IMG/VR virus record: IMGVR_UViG_3300025264_000051
Span: 1 to 34,005 of that record
Source of the DNA: a virus
Taxonomy: Duplodnaviria > Caudoviricetes
Strand: one strand, 5' to 3'
DNA: 34,005 bases
Made by a program: the position numbers and the translations under genes. Positions 14,583-24,761 of the stretch are shown here, one piece after another; within the stretch, counting starts at the first letter, position 1; every line of letters begins with the position of its first letter. Under the pieces are notes generated by a model. The model saw nothing but the letters and a program-made list of their open reading frames with translations. It was not told the DNA's origin and ran no database searches.

Positions 14583-15470
14583 ATGTTACATAATTTTGAA
14601 CTACCGCAAGAGCTACAGTTTAATCCCGTACTACGGCCCATCGAACACGATGGTCTGATTGTACCAAAGTCTTTAGGACAGAAGATAGTTCGGGATGATA
14701 CCAATCAAGTACTTGGTATTGTTAAATCTCGTTACACTCCACAACCATATGCTGCACTATGGGAGCCACTGGTTGAGGGGCTAGTAGAATCTGGTCTTGA
14801 TCTAAAAGATGCAGATATTAAATGGAACACCATGAACAACGGTGCTCGTATGTATGCTGACATTACTCTGAAGTCTTATAACTATGATAAGATTGTCGGA
14901 GAGAAGACCGCATTACAAATGAGAGTTCGTAATAGTGTAGATGGTTCGTTGAAGTACGATGTATCTGCCTTCATCAAGAGGCTATGGTGTGCCAATGGTT
15001 GCTCTCGTATTGCAGAGAATACCTCTGTACAATTTAAACATACTGCTAGTACAGAGCCAGATAAGATTGGGCAGGTAGCAGCAACTTGGCCTATGGTTTT
15101 AGAGGATGATGCACATCTCTTTAATCATATGCGGGGTGTAGCTGTAAATAGAGATACAGTAGTTAAATTTCTAGCTGCTAACCTGTGCCTTACTAAGACT
15201 AAGGTTAAGACTAAAGTAAATGAGAAATGGTTGGGCCGTATGTTGTCTCTATGGGATTCATATAGTGCCTCTATTGGTATAAATGGGTATGCATTTTATA
15301 ATGTACTTACTCATTATGGAACGCACGTTGATCCTGAAAGCCTTCGGGGGGCTGAAGCAGGTAATCGTGCGCTACGACAAGAGCAGGATGTCCAAGCCTT
15401 GGTGCGGGGTGAGGCATTTAAGAATCTCATTAAGTATGATGACTTTCAACAGCAGCTATTAGCTGCATAA
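14583..15470 (+). CDS. DUF932-like protein
   Basis: VRDDTNQVLGIVKSRY...NGARMY...RNSVDGS...RLWCANG...KHT...YNVLTHYGTH; AAGGAG RBS before the ATG at 14583. Confidence 0.82.
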   Translation: MLHNFELPQELQFNPVLRPIEHDGLIVPKSLGQKIVRDDTNQVLGIVKSRYTPQPYAALWEPLVEGLVESGLDLKDADIKWNTMNNGARMYADITLKSYNYDKIVGEKTALQMRVRNSVDGSLKYDVSAFIKRLWCANGCSRIAENTSVQFKHTASTEPDKIGQVAATWPMVLEDDAHLFNHMRGVAVNRDTVVKFLAANLCLTKTKVKTKVNEKWLGRMLSLWDSYSASIGINGYAFYNVLTHYGTHVDPESLRGAEAGNRALRQEQDVQALVRGEAFKNLIKYDDFQQQLLAA

Positions 15471-15486
15471 GCTTTGTCGTAATGTG

Positions 15487-15528
15487 TGGCAGGTGCGTGG
15501 GTTTTTGTTCTCCTCCATGCACCTGCCA
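15487..15528 (+). other. intergenic stem-loop
   Basis: TGGCAGGTGCGTGG...CCATGCACCTGCCA, 14-bp stem with one G-U pair. Confidence 0.55.
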
Positions 15529-15550
15529 TTACTATTTATAGGATATACAA

Positions 15551-16027
15551 ATGGATAAAAAACAGAAGGCTGCAGCAGCAGATAGATTAAAGAAAGCAAG
15601 AGCAGTAAGAGCTAAAAAGATTCCTAACTATGGTAAAGCTAACTTACATGAAAGTTTACATAACCTCCCAAAGGAACATGAGCTTCATCCCGATAAAGTT
15701 AAGCAGTGGATTGACACACAAAAAGATTTAGCTACTGCTGAACGTAAAGCAATAAGAGAAAAGATTAAAGGGGCTACTGCAAGACAGGCAAGTCATGAAG
15801 GATACATAAAGCATATGCAAAGGTATCTTAGAACAGGAGATTGGGTAGATGATTTCTATGGAGAGTACCAACAGAACAAAGTTAAGCATCATTGCCATGC
15901 ACTGGCTTATGATAAGGACGGTATGCCTAAAAGAAGTGTAGGTATATACTATCCAGACTTAGGAATTACATACACAAAAGAAATGATGGAAGAAGAAAAT
16001 GCAACCAGAGATAATCACAATACATGA
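15551..16027 (+). CDS. hypothetical phage protein
   Basis: 158-aa ORF (HEGYI..M..YLRTGDW.D.FYGE...PKRSVG.YYPD). Confidence 0.8.
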   Translation: MDKKQKAAAADRLKKARAVRAKKIPNYGKANLHESLHNLPKEHELHPDKVKQWIDTQKDLATAERKAIREKIKGATARQASHEGYIKHMQRYLRTGDWVDDFYGEYQQNKVKHHCHALAYDKDGMPKRSVGIYYPDLGITYTKEMMEEENATRDNHNT

Positions 16028-16994
16028 CGCTATAGAAAAGTATAAGGATACACCAGAGTTTAAAATAAAACTAAGGTCTGACAAGACCCGTAATCAATAT
16101 GCTTATCAACTACGTAGGCTCTGTGAAGCAGAGCTAGAGGACAATCCTATAGGGAGTATGCCTATAGATATATTGAACGTAGCTAAATGCCAGCGCATAT
16201 ACTGGCAGCTAATAGAAGATGTAGATACAAATGATGTACGGTTTGCAAACTATTCTATGCAGATTGTAACTCGTGTATGGAATGTATTAATTAAGTATGA
16301 TTATCTAGATAAAAATCCTTGGGGATTTGTAGAAAAGAGTAAGGTTTCTCCACGTAATACTATATGGCAACCAGAAGATTTTAAAATCTTTTTACAAACA
16401 GCATTCAGTATACCTAAATGGAGGAACATAGGTCTGCTAGTACGTATCAACGTAGAGATAGGCCAACGCATAGAAGATGTAAGGCTATCTCAATGGGATA
16501 ACTATGATCTTAATGAAAAATTATATATGCGGGAGGTGATTCAGAAAACACATGAACGTATTCCTGGCATACCCTTATCTGATTCCTTAGTACAAATGCT
16601 ACAAGAACAGAAGGATGTCTATGAATTTCAAGAGTGGGTAGTACCTCATCCCTTTTTACTGGAGCCTTACAGTGAGCATAGTATATCCCGTACCTTTAGA
16701 AAGATCATGAATACTGCTGGACTTTCTTCTCGTTTACAGTTAAGAGATATACGCCGCACTGTACTTACAGACTTGGCAAATCATGGGGCTACAGACACAG
16801 AGATAATGGCATATAGTGGACATAAAAGTAGAGAAAGTTTAATGCCTTATGTATGTATAAGTACAGAGCAAGCACGTAATGCTGCCAACAAAAGAAAATT
16901 TACTATGGAAGAAGCACAAGAATGGAAAGAGTTCAAAAGAAGTTTCGCTTCAACAGAAGAACTTTTAAAAGGAGCAAACATAAAGAATGATTAA
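15999..16994 (+). CDS. int: tyrosine recombinase / phage integrase
   Basis: GQRIED (catalytic R), LRDIRRT (R in place of H of HxxR), SGH and the C-terminal Y in LMPY; N-terminal core-binding-like region. Confidence 0.88.
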   Translation: MQPEIITIHDAIEKYKDTPEFKIKLRSDKTRNQYAYQLRRLCEAELEDNPIGSMPIDILNVAKCQRIYWQLIEDVDTNDVRFANYSMQIVTRVWNVLIKYDYLDKNPWGFVEKSKVSPRNTIWQPEDFKIFLQTAFSIPKWRNIGLLVRINVEIGQRIEDVRLSQWDNYDLNEKLYMREVIQKTHERIPGIPLSDSLVQMLQEQKDVYEFQEWVVPHPFLLEPYSEHSISRTFRKIMNTAGLSSRLQLRDIRRTVLTDLANHGATDTEIMAYSGHKSRESLMPYVCISTEQARNAANKRKFTMEEAQEWKEFKRSFASTEELLKGANIKND

Positions 16995-17808
16995 CATTAA
17001 AAAATATATAGATACACTGGACTTACAGATAGAGGAGGGGTACAGGGGAGACTGTCCTTTATGTAATGGTAGAAATACTTTTACTGTCACACGAAAGTTA
17101 GATGGCATTCTATATAATTGTTACAAGGCTGGGTGCAGTATATCAGGAACCTCTCCTACTACTGTGACAGTTAATGATATGTCATATAGAAAAGAGAGAC
17201 AACCTTTAGTTGAATTTAGTTTACCTCCACATGTTGTCCCCGGTAGGGCAGAGGCAACAAGCTGGGCAGAGAGCTATGGCATAGATGCTATTAAAAATAA
17301 TTTACATTATGATGTAAAAGAAAATAGAGTTGTGTTCCCTGTTATACATGACCATGAAATTGTAGATGCAACAGGCAGAGCCTTGGCTATAGGTCAGCTA
17401 CCTAAATGGAAAAGGTATGGTAACAGTAGCTATGCCTATACCTCTGGCATAGGAGAGGTAGCGGTAGTAGTAGAGGATTGTATATCAGCAGCAGTTGTAT
17501 CTACTATGGTATCTAATTGTGTGGGTGTGGCGCTGTTAGGCACAGCCTTATTGCCTAATCATATAGCACAGTTAAAAGATTTTATGGGTGTTATAGTGGC
17601 GCTTGATCCAGACGCCGTAAAGAAAACCATACAGTTCACAGCAGAATTAAAAGGGACATTATATCATAATAATATTTTTGCACTGAAGCTAGAAGATGAT
17701 TTGAAGTATGCCAAGAAGTATGATATGATCAATGTTAGTAAGGCGATATTAAAATTAACACAAGGAGAAATACATGGAACTAGAATTGTTACGCACTCTA
17801 ACGAATAG
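16987..17808 (+). CDS. DNA primase (zinc finger + TOPRIM)
   Basis: CPLC...YNCYKAGC; VVVED; ALLGT; ALDPDA. Confidence 0.9.
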   Translation: MINIKKYIDTLDLQIEEGYRGDCPLCNGRNTFTVTRKLDGILYNCYKAGCSISGTSPTTVTVNDMSYRKERQPLVEFSLPPHVVPGRAEATSWAESYGIDAIKNNLHYDVKENRVVFPVIHDHEIVDATGRALAIGQLPKWKRYGNSSYAYTSGIGEVAVVVEDCISAAVVSTMVSNCVGVALLGTALLPNHIAQLKDFMGVIVALDPDAVKKTIQFTAELKGTLYHNNIFALKLEDDLKYAKKYDMINVSKAILKLTQGEIHGTRIVTHSNE

Positions 17809-19000
17809 AAATTTTTATAATGCAAATAAAAATGTAGCTAAGGAAAGGATATTTAGAAGTAAAGAAACACGTAATATAAAACAGGTAATTGATAGGGCTA
17901 TGCTGGACTATGAGAATGATATTGGTGCATCTGATATCAAGGCATTGTTCTTCTCCATTAACACATCATTAACAACAGCACAGAAAGATATATACCAAAG
18001 CTTGTTTAGAAAAATTGAAACCTGTTCCCCCTTGAATGAAGACGTAGCACAAGATGTACTAAGAGAATTGAACAGAGAGGATGCTGCCAATGAACTAATG
18101 GATGTAGCATTTAAAATGTCTAATGGAGAGATCACATCTCTATATAAAATAGTAGAGTTCATTGATAGAAGGGAGGAGGATTTCATGCCAGCCCTCAAAG
18201 TTTACTTTGAAAATATGGACATCAATGAGTTGCTTAAAAAGAATGAGTTAAATTTTAAATGGAAGATTAATATACCTACAGTAGCACAGTTAGTACCAGG
18301 GGTAAACAGCGGACAGATTATTGTCGGTGCCGCCAGACCTAACACTGGTAAGACTAGCAGCCATGCTTATCTATGCGCTGGGCCTAATGGCTTTGCACAA
18401 CAGGGAGCAAAGGTTATGGTTCTTGCTAATGAAGAAGACACAGGGCGAGTGTCTGCCAGATACTTAACAGCCGCTTGCTCTATGAATATAAAAGAAATCA
18501 TTAAGGATCGTAAGAAAGCAGAAGATTTATTTAATCCTATTAAAGATAATCTAAAAATTACAGATGCTACTGGTTGGGATTTAGATAGAGTAGAACGAGC
18601 AATAAAAGCATATGAACCTGACATAGTGATAGCTGATATGGCAGACAAGTTTCAACCAGAGGGCAGGTACACTGCTCATCATGAACAACTGAAGGCTGCT
18701 TATATTAGATTCAGAATTATAGCCAAGCAATATGGCTGTGTTATATTTGCTATGTCCCAACTCTCTGCTGAAGCAGAGGGAAAAGTATTTGTAAACATGT
18801 CAATGTTAGAGGGTAGTAGGACAGGCAAGGCCAGTGAGGCTGACGTTTTGTTTTGCATTACTAAGACACCTATGGTAGAAGGACAGCAGGAGGAGGAGAG
18901 TCCTGAAAGACACTGGCTTGTATTAAAAAATAAACTTACTGGAAAACATGGAAGGGTTATAACTTTACTTGATCCAGAGACTGCAACATACAGTTCATAA
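17774..19000 (+). CDS. DnaB-like replicative helicase
   Basis: Walker A ARPNTGKT, LANEE, IVIAD, MSQLS, KNKLTG. Confidence 0.92.
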   Translation: MELELLRTLTNRNFYNANKNVAKERIFRSKETRNIKQVIDRAMLDYENDIGASDIKALFFSINTSLTTAQKDIYQSLFRKIETCSPLNEDVAQDVLRELNREDAANELMDVAFKMSNGEITSLYKIVEFIDRREEDFMPALKVYFENMDINELLKKNELNFKWKINIPTVAQLVPGVNSGQIIVGAARPNTGKTSSHAYLCAGPNGFAQQGAKVMVLANEEDTGRVSARYLTAACSMNIKEIIKDRKKAEDLFNPIKDNLKITDATGWDLDRVERAIKAYEPDIVIADMADKFQPEGRYTAHHEQLKAAYIRFRIIAKQYGCVIFAMSQLSAEAEGKVFVNMSMLEGSRTGKASEADVLFCITKTPMVEGQQEEESPERHWLVLKNKLTGKHGRVITLLDPETATYSS

Positions 19001-19011
19001 AGGAATGTAAT

Positions 19012-21057
19012 ATGAAACTAACAATAGATGTAGAAAATACAGCTACAAAACTGCCCTCTGGTAAGACGCTTCTTGATCCCTTTGTACCAGAGAATAAATT
19101 AGTTTTAGTATGTACAAAGAAAGATACAGGGGAGGAATCTTCCTTCTGGTTTGGACATTCTACACATAGTATGGAGAATGCTAAAGAACTTTTACAGAAG
19201 CAACTTGATGAGGCCACTGTTCTTATATGCCATAATGCACAGCATGAGTTAGTATGGTTGTGGGATACAGGATTTAAATATGACAATGCTGTGTTTGATA
19301 CCATGCTGGTAGAGTATTTGTTTCAACGTGCAATGAAACAACCTCTATCTTTACAGGCTGTTGCTGAACACTATGCTTTACAAAATAAAAAGATGGATAC
19401 TCTGTCTGACAATTTAAACAAAGGTATATCTGTAGATAATATAGATGGGGATCAGTTGCTAGAGTATTGTATGGCAGATGTACAAGCTACACAAGAATTA
19501 GCAGATCGCTTACGTAGAAAAATGTTTAGTAAAGACTATGCCCCTCTGCAAAATATAATTAATCTTACCAATGAATTGTGTATACTGTTGGCAAAAATAT
19601 ATTACAGGGGCTTTGCAATTAATAAGCAAACTCTATTACAAGTTAAAGAAGAATTTAAAAAGGAGCAGCAGGATATTAAACAGTCTCTTGATCAACAGAC
19701 CCATGAACTTATGGGAGATACCCCCATTAATCTTGCATCACCAGAGCAATTAAGTATGGTTATATATAGCCGCAAGCCAAAGGGCAAAGCTACATGGTCA
19801 GATAACTTTTCTAAGTACATGAAAAAGAAAGACTTTATATCAATGGTAAATAACAATTCTAATATTGTATATAAAACTACAGCCATTCAGTGTAAGTCTT
19901 GCTTTGGTAGAGGATATAATTTAGCTATCAAGAAAGATGGTACTACAGGAAAAGCTAAACGTATTTGTAAAGCATGTAATCGTTCTGGTATATTGTATAT
20001 TCCTAGTGATAGAATAGCAGGGCTAAAGTTTTCTCCTCCTGCTGCTAGTTGGGTAGCCAATCATGGTTTCAGTACCAGTAAAGTTAATATAGAAATGCTA
20101 GAGGAGGTTGCTAAACGAAGAGGCATGGATAAGGCTGAACAGTTTTTGTATAAAGTACGTAGGCTATCTGCTTTAGATACCTATCTATCTTCCTTTGTAG
20201 AAGGCATAGAAACTTTTATGAAAGATGATAGTAGATTACATGTTAGATTAATACAACACAGAACCACAACTGGTAGGCTGGCTTCTGATTCTCCTAACTT
20301 ACAGAACATGCCAAGAGGACAGACGTTCCCAATAAAGAAAGTATTTCATTCTCGTTGGGACAATGGAAAGATTATAGAAGCAGACTTCTCACAATTAGAA
20401 TTTAGAGTGGCGGCTTTCCTGGGAAATGATGAAGTTGCAAAGCAGGAAATCGCCACTGGAGTTGATGTTCACAGTTACACTGCTAAAGTTATTACAGAAT
20501 CTGGACAGAAAACTTCTAGACAAGAAGCAAAGGCACATACCTTTGCACCACTGTTCGGTGCTACAGGATTTGGTAGGACATCTGCAGAGGCAGCTTATTA
20601 TAAACAGTTTACTGATAAATACTATGGTATTGCTTCTTGGCATAGTAAACTTGCTAATGAAGTTATGTCTACAGGAATGGTAACTACTGTTACTGGTAGG
20701 CAGTTTGCATTTCCTAATGCACAGCGCAGACAAAACGGAGGCATAACCCACTTTACTGCAGTGAAAAATTATCCAGTACAATCTTTGTCTACTGATATAG
20801 TACAAACTTTATTACTATTGGTGGAACAAAAGATGCGTAACGCTTGTCTAAAAAGCTTGATTGTTAACAGCGTTCATGATAGTGTAGTGATAGACTGCTT
20901 TCCATCAGAAGAACAGGAGGTTTTAGCTTGTGTTAAACAAGCAGAGAAATTTTTAGACAGTTGTTTACACTCTAGGTTTGGAATAGAATTTGATATTCCT
21001 CTTGAATTAGAATGTAAGATAGGAAAAAACTGGATGGAGATGCAAGATTATGGTTGA
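19012..21057 (+). CDS. polA: family A DNA polymerase with 3'-5' exonuclease and inserted DnaJ-type zinc finger
   Basis: ExoI DVE; TTTGRLAS..PNLQN; motif A EADFSQLEFR; motif B RQEAKAHTFAPLFG; motif C VHDS; CKSCFGRG...CKACNRSG insert. Confidence 0.96.
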   Translation: MKLTIDVENTATKLPSGKTLLDPFVPENKLVLVCTKKDTGEESSFWFGHSTHSMENAKELLQKQLDEATVLICHNAQHELVWLWDTGFKYDNAVFDTMLVEYLFQRAMKQPLSLQAVAEHYALQNKKMDTLSDNLNKGISVDNIDGDQLLEYCMADVQATQELADRLRRKMFSKDYAPLQNIINLTNELCILLAKIYYRGFAINKQTLLQVKEEFKKEQQDIKQSLDQQTHELMGDTPINLASPEQLSMVIYSRKPKGKATWSDNFSKYMKKKDFISMVNNNSNIVYKTTAIQCKSCFGRGYNLAIKKDGTTGKAKRICKACNRSGILYIPSDRIAGLKFSPPAASWVANHGFSTSKVNIEMLEEVAKRRGMDKAEQFLYKVRRLSALDTYLSSFVEGIETFMKDDSRLHVRLIQHRTTTGRLASDSPNLQNMPRGQTFPIKKVFHSRWDNGKIIEADFSQLEFRVAAFLGNDEVAKQEIATGVDVHSYTAKVITESGQKTSRQEAKAHTFAPLFGATGFGRTSAEAAYYKQFTDKYYGIASWHSKLANEVMSTGMVTTVTGRQFAFPNAQRRQNGGITHFTAVKNYPVQSLSTDIVQTLLLLVEQKMRNACLKSLIVNSVHDSVVIDCFPSEEQEVLACVKQAEKFLDSCLHSRFGIEFDIPLELECKIGKNWMEMQDYG

Positions 21058-21081
21058 CATTTTTAGTAAAATGGATATACT
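21054..21081 (+). promoter_or_regulatory. sigma70-type promoter
   Basis: TTGACA-16 nt-TATACT; same TTGACATTTT...TATACT form as 12386-12413. Confidence 0.6.
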
Positions 21082-21118
21082 GGTGCAACTATTTTTTAAC
21101 TAGAGAAAGGAAAAACTT

Positions 21119-22039
21119 ATGGAAACAAATGTTATTACTATGGATACGGCTAATTATGATGTACTTGCAGAGACTATGGGTATACCCCAAGAAACTGCTG
21201 CTCCATCTTCTCGTTCAGATTCTATTTGTAGAATGAGGATATGGCATCGTGGAATAATGGGTACCGTTGAAAAGAATGGAAAGACCAGACAGATGGAGAT
21301 AGTTCCCGGTGGAACCTATCGTCTTGATGATGGGTCAGGAGAGTTAAAGTACTGTGAAGAGCTTAACTTCCGCCCATTTCTTCAGAGGTATAGGTATAAT
21401 CGTTGGATGCCTTATGCTACCCTTGATTCTTATGGTCGTAAAGGTAAGTACGTTAAGTCTGTTTTTACCCATGATTATAAAACATTTAACTCATCTGATA
21501 TTATAGATGAGAATGGTGGCTTTAATTGTGGTCGTCCTTCTGGTTACATTAAAGAATGGAAGGAAGTGCCAGAGGAAACTCGTAAGTTAATTACTTCTGT
21601 TAAAAGAGTTCGGGCTATCTTTGGGACAGTTCAATTTGATTCTTATCTTAATGATAAGGGAGAGACTGTAGACACAGACGGCATTCCTGTACCAGTTATC
21701 TGGGAGATAGAAAACAATGATGCCTTTAAAATTATGGGAGGTGCGCTAGTTAAGTATCGGGAAGCTGGAAGGCTATTTCCACAGCATGATATATCTTTAT
21801 CTACTGAAGGTGCGCCAATGAGTAATGGCAACATGCTATACCAGCCTGTTCCTACTGTTAATCTAACAAAAGAAATTAAGTTAGAACAACCGAAGGACAG
21901 TGAAACCCTGATGTATTTCCAAAACTGGGTAGATAATTATAACAAATATATAAAAGAATCCTATGACCAGAAAGCAAATCTGTCATCGTTCTCTGCAGAA
22001 GAAGCAAAGGTTATTGATTCTTTTGTTGATGTAGAATAA
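21119..22039 (+). CDS. putative single-stranded DNA-binding protein
   Basis: Lies between polA and the exonuclease; acidic C-terminus; function inferred from synteny. Confidence 0.55.
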   Translation: METNVITMDTANYDVLAETMGIPQETAAPSSRSDSICRMRIWHRGIMGTVEKNGKTRQMEIVPGGTYRLDDGSGELKYCEELNFRPFLQRYRYNRWMPYATLDSYGRKGKYVKSVFTHDYKTFNSSDIIDENGGFNCGRPSGYIKEWKEVPEETRKLITSVKRVRAIFGTVQFDSYLNDKGETVDTDGIPVPVIWEIENNDAFKIMGGALVKYREAGRLFPQHDISLSTEGAPMSNGNMLYQPVPTVNLTKEIKLEQPKDSETLMYFQNWVDNYNKYIKESYDQKANLSSFSAEEAKVIDSFVDVE

Positions 22040-22049
22040 GGATAATACA

Positions 22050-22928
22050 ATGGAAGTAGAACATCCTGTAGAATTTTTAGTACATACTTATCTTGACGAT
22101 GTTCGTGAAGGTAAGGCTACTATGTCTGAAGAAAATATACAAGGTGTTGTAAAGCATGTGGAAGAAGCAGTACGTAGACAGTTTAATAAAAGAGAAACCA
22201 GAGGTTCTTTTCGTCTACGGGCAAGCAATATTGGTAGGGCTACTTGTCAACTTTGGTTTCAAAAGAATAAGCCTGAAGCTGCTACTCCACCTGCCTCTAA
22301 TTTTTTATTACGTATGATGATCGGAGATATTACCGAAGCTGTCTTTAAGGGTGTTCTTAAAGAGGCAGGGGCTACGTTTGAAGAGCCAGAAAAAATAGAG
22401 ACTGAGATTGGTAATGAAAAAATCTCAGGAGAATATGATCTGGTGCTTGATAATAAGGTAGATGATATTAAATCTGCCAGTCCTTGGAGCTATAAAAACA
22501 AATGGTTGGACGGTGATCATATAGAAAAGAATGATAGCTTTGGATATGTAGGACAGTTAGCTACGTATGCACAAGGTAAGGGTGTAGAACCGGGGGGATG
22601 GTGGGTCATAAATCATTCTTCCGGTGAATTTAAATATGTAAAGTATACAAGTGATACACCCACTGTCATTAAAAAATTAGAACACACCGTAAATAAACTA
22701 AAAGAAAATAAATTCCATAGATGTTACAAGCCTATTAAAGAAACTTTTTATGGAAAAGAAACTGGTAGTCATATACTTAACACAGAGTGTAGGTTCTGTA
22801 ATTTTAAGTATGCTTGTTGGGGCGATGCCTTGAAAGCTGAAACATCTAGAGTAAGTAAAGCCAAGGTAAAGCCTACAGTATTTTATATAGATATAGAGAA
22901 AGGAGATAATATCAATGAGCAACAATGA
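22050..22928 (+). CDS. PD-(D/E)xK exonuclease (Cas4/RecB-like)
   Basis: LRASNIGRATCQLW, GEYD, DDIKSAS, GYVGQL..Y, CRFC...C. Confidence 0.85.
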   Translation: MEVEHPVEFLVHTYLDDVREGKATMSEENIQGVVKHVEEAVRRQFNKRETRGSFRLRASNIGRATCQLWFQKNKPEAATPPASNFLLRMMIGDITEAVFKGVLKEAGATFEEPEKIETEIGNEKISGEYDLVLDNKVDDIKSASPWSYKNKWLDGDHIEKNDSFGYVGQLATYAQGKGVEPGGWWVINHSSGEFKYVKYTSDTPTVIKKLEHTVNKLKENKFHRCYKPIKETFYGKETGSHILNTECRFCNFKYACWGDALKAETSRVSKAKVKPTVFYIDIEKGDNINEQQ

Positions 22929-23172
22929 AGAAGCAAATGTATTTGGAGACATGTCAATTGAAGACTTACAGGAAACTGTACAAGAAATGTCTGTTCAATT
23001 ACGTGATGCTAAGGCAGCACTAAAAGAAAAAAGATTATCAGGAGTTCGCATTGCACTAGACGCAAGGCGAGAAGCTGATGTAGAGTTACAAGAGGAACTA
23101 AAAAAGCTGGGGTATACATATCGTACTAATACAATTTCTGATGTAGCCCATCCATTCTTTCGACGGTTCTAA
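22915..23172 (+). CDS. coiled-coil hypothetical protein
   Basis: 85-aa ORF; AAGGAG RBS. Confidence 0.75.
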   Translation: MSNNEEANVFGDMSIEDLQETVQEMSVQLRDAKAALKEKRLSGVRIALDARREADVELQEELKKLGYTYRTNTISDVAHPFFRRF

Positions 23173-23189
23173 TTTTATTTTTACTCAAC

Positions 23190-23221
23190 AGGGGAGGGGC
23201 ATAGTTCCTCCCCTTTTATTT
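23190..23221 (+). terminator. rho-independent terminator
   Basis: AGGGGAGGGGC-ATAG-TTCCTCCCC followed by TTTTATTT. Confidence 0.65.
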
Positions 23222-23235
23222 GGAGGATATTATAC

Positions 23236-23670
23236 ATGACAAAATACAAACCTTTCGATAGAAATTTATATGCTCTTGCAGATGAAAAAGGAAAGGGTGT
23301 AGTATCTTATTTACTAGAAAAGGAAGGACATAATATTACAAGTACAAAAGAAAATTATAAGTGTGATATTGTCACAGAAAAAGATGGTACTGTGTACAAC
23401 TCAGAGGTAGAAATTAAATTTTCTTGGAAGGAAATCTGGCCTGATTCATGGGAGGAGATACGTATCCCATATAGGAAAAAGAAATTACTTGATAAAGAAA
23501 ATCTTACCTTCTATGTACTAAGGGCTGACTGTAAACAAGCATGGAAAATAGACGCAGATGTTCTTAGAAATAAAGCTACGGTTAAAGAAGCAAGCAACAG
23601 GTATGTCAGAAAAGGGGAGAAGTTCTTTCACATTCCCGTGAAACATGCTTTGCTTATAGATATGGTTTGA
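23236..23670 (+). CDS. putative PD-(D/E)xK nuclease-fold protein
   Basis: CD...EVEIK..W...IRIPYRK motif. Confidence 0.6.
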   Translation: MTKYKPFDRNLYALADEKGKGVVSYLLEKEGHNITSTKENYKCDIVTEKDGTVYNSEVEIKFSWKEIWPDSWEEIRIPYRKKKLLDKENLTFYVLRADCKQAWKIDADVLRNKATVKEASNRYVRKGEKFFHIPVKHALLIDMV

Positions 23671-24131
23671 TGTATAATAAAAAAGGATATCGTAAAGCAA
23701 GACTGAAAGGGTTTCGTTCTGGCCTTGAACAGGTTGTAGCTACACAAATTACAAAAGAAAAACATACTCTACGTTATGAGACTACTAAAATACAATGGGT
23801 AGATTTTTCTATTCGATCTTATACTCCTGATTTTATTCTTGATAATGGTATAATATTAGAGGTAAAAGGATTTTGGTCTACAGCAGATAGAAGAAAACAT
23901 ATAGAGATTAAGAAACAACATGATACTTTGGACATAAGATTAGTCTTTGAGAATAGTAAAAGGAAAATAAGAAAGGGATCAAAGACTACTTATGCCGCTT
24001 GGTGTGAGAAGAAAGATATAGTATACTGTGACAGAGTAATTCCTCGCACTTGGCTACAAGAAAATTTAATCTATATGCCACCCAATATTATAACTGTTGA
24101 GAGGACAGAATATAATGATGTACATAAATGA
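23667..24131 (+). CDS. T7 endonuclease I-like Holliday junction resolvase
   Basis: FRSGLE, YTPDFIL.NGIILEVKG, DRRKH, LDIRLVF, TTYAAWCEK. Confidence 0.93.
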   Translation: MMYNKKGYRKARLKGFRSGLEQVVATQITKEKHTLRYETTKIQWVDFSIRSYTPDFILDNGIILEVKGFWSTADRRKHIEIKKQHDTLDIRLVFENSKRKIRKGSKTTYAAWCEKKDIVYCDRVIPRTWLQENLIYMPPNIITVERTEYNDVHK

Positions 24132-24456
24132 ATATGTAAAGGAAGATGATTTTATTATTATCATAAGACCAGTGAAACAAGATATGTCTGAAGAAGACAG
24201 CGAAGAATGGGGAGGAGAAGTACAGGTATCTATAGTAGCCAATGAAAAAGAATCTTCGTTAACCGAAGAAGAGTTTGGTAACATGATTATGCTCTGTAAC
24301 TTTGCGGCAGCAGCTATTCCTGCTACAGAAGAGAACGTACTTATAAGAGAACTAATACAAAGTTATGTTGAAAAACATATGTTGTTGCCTATATCAGGAA
24401 AAATAAGAGAATTAAATATATTAACTTTAGAATCTGACACAGAAGGAAATGCATAA
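24115..24456 (+). CDS. acidic hypothetical protein
   Basis: ORF 24097-24456; GAGG RBS before the ATG at 24115. Confidence 0.7.
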   Translation: MMYINEYVKEDDFIIIIRPVKQDMSEEDSEEWGGEVQVSIVANEKESSLTEEEFGNMIMLCNFAAAAIPATEENVLIRELIQSYVEKHMLLPISGKIRELNILTLESDTEGNA

Positions 24457-24761
24457 TGGAAGACCAAGATATAGTATATGAAGATTTTTCTACACAAATG
24501 AGGAGGCCAAAGCCAGACCCTAAGTATTCTGCAGAATACAATACGGACAATGTTAATAGTCCTATTCACTACAATAAAAATAGTCATGGTATCGAATGTA
24601 TACAGGCCATTCGTGCAGCCCTTACTGATGAAGAGTTTAGGGGGTACTGTAAAGGCAATGTATTAAAATATACCTGGAGAGAAAACTATAAAAATAAAGT
24701 AGAAGACCTGGAGAAAGCCTCTTGGTATTTGAATAAATTAATTGAGAGTATTAAAAAGTGA
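24456..24761 (+). CDS. DUF3310 family protein (T7 gp1.7-like nucleotide kinase domain)
   Basis: DNVNSPIHY...IECIQAI...GYCKGNVLKYTWR..YK...EDLEKASWYL. Confidence 0.88.
   Translation: MEDQDIVYEDFSTQMRRPKPDPKYSAEYNTDNVNSPIHYNKNSHGIECIQAIRAALTDEEFRGYCKGNVLKYTWRENYKNKVEDLEKASWYLNKLIESIKK

Noticed and set aside
22050-22928. cas4 as part of a CRISPR system
   Set aside because: A stand-alone PD-(D/E)xK exonuclease in the normal phage replication module is the simpler explanation.
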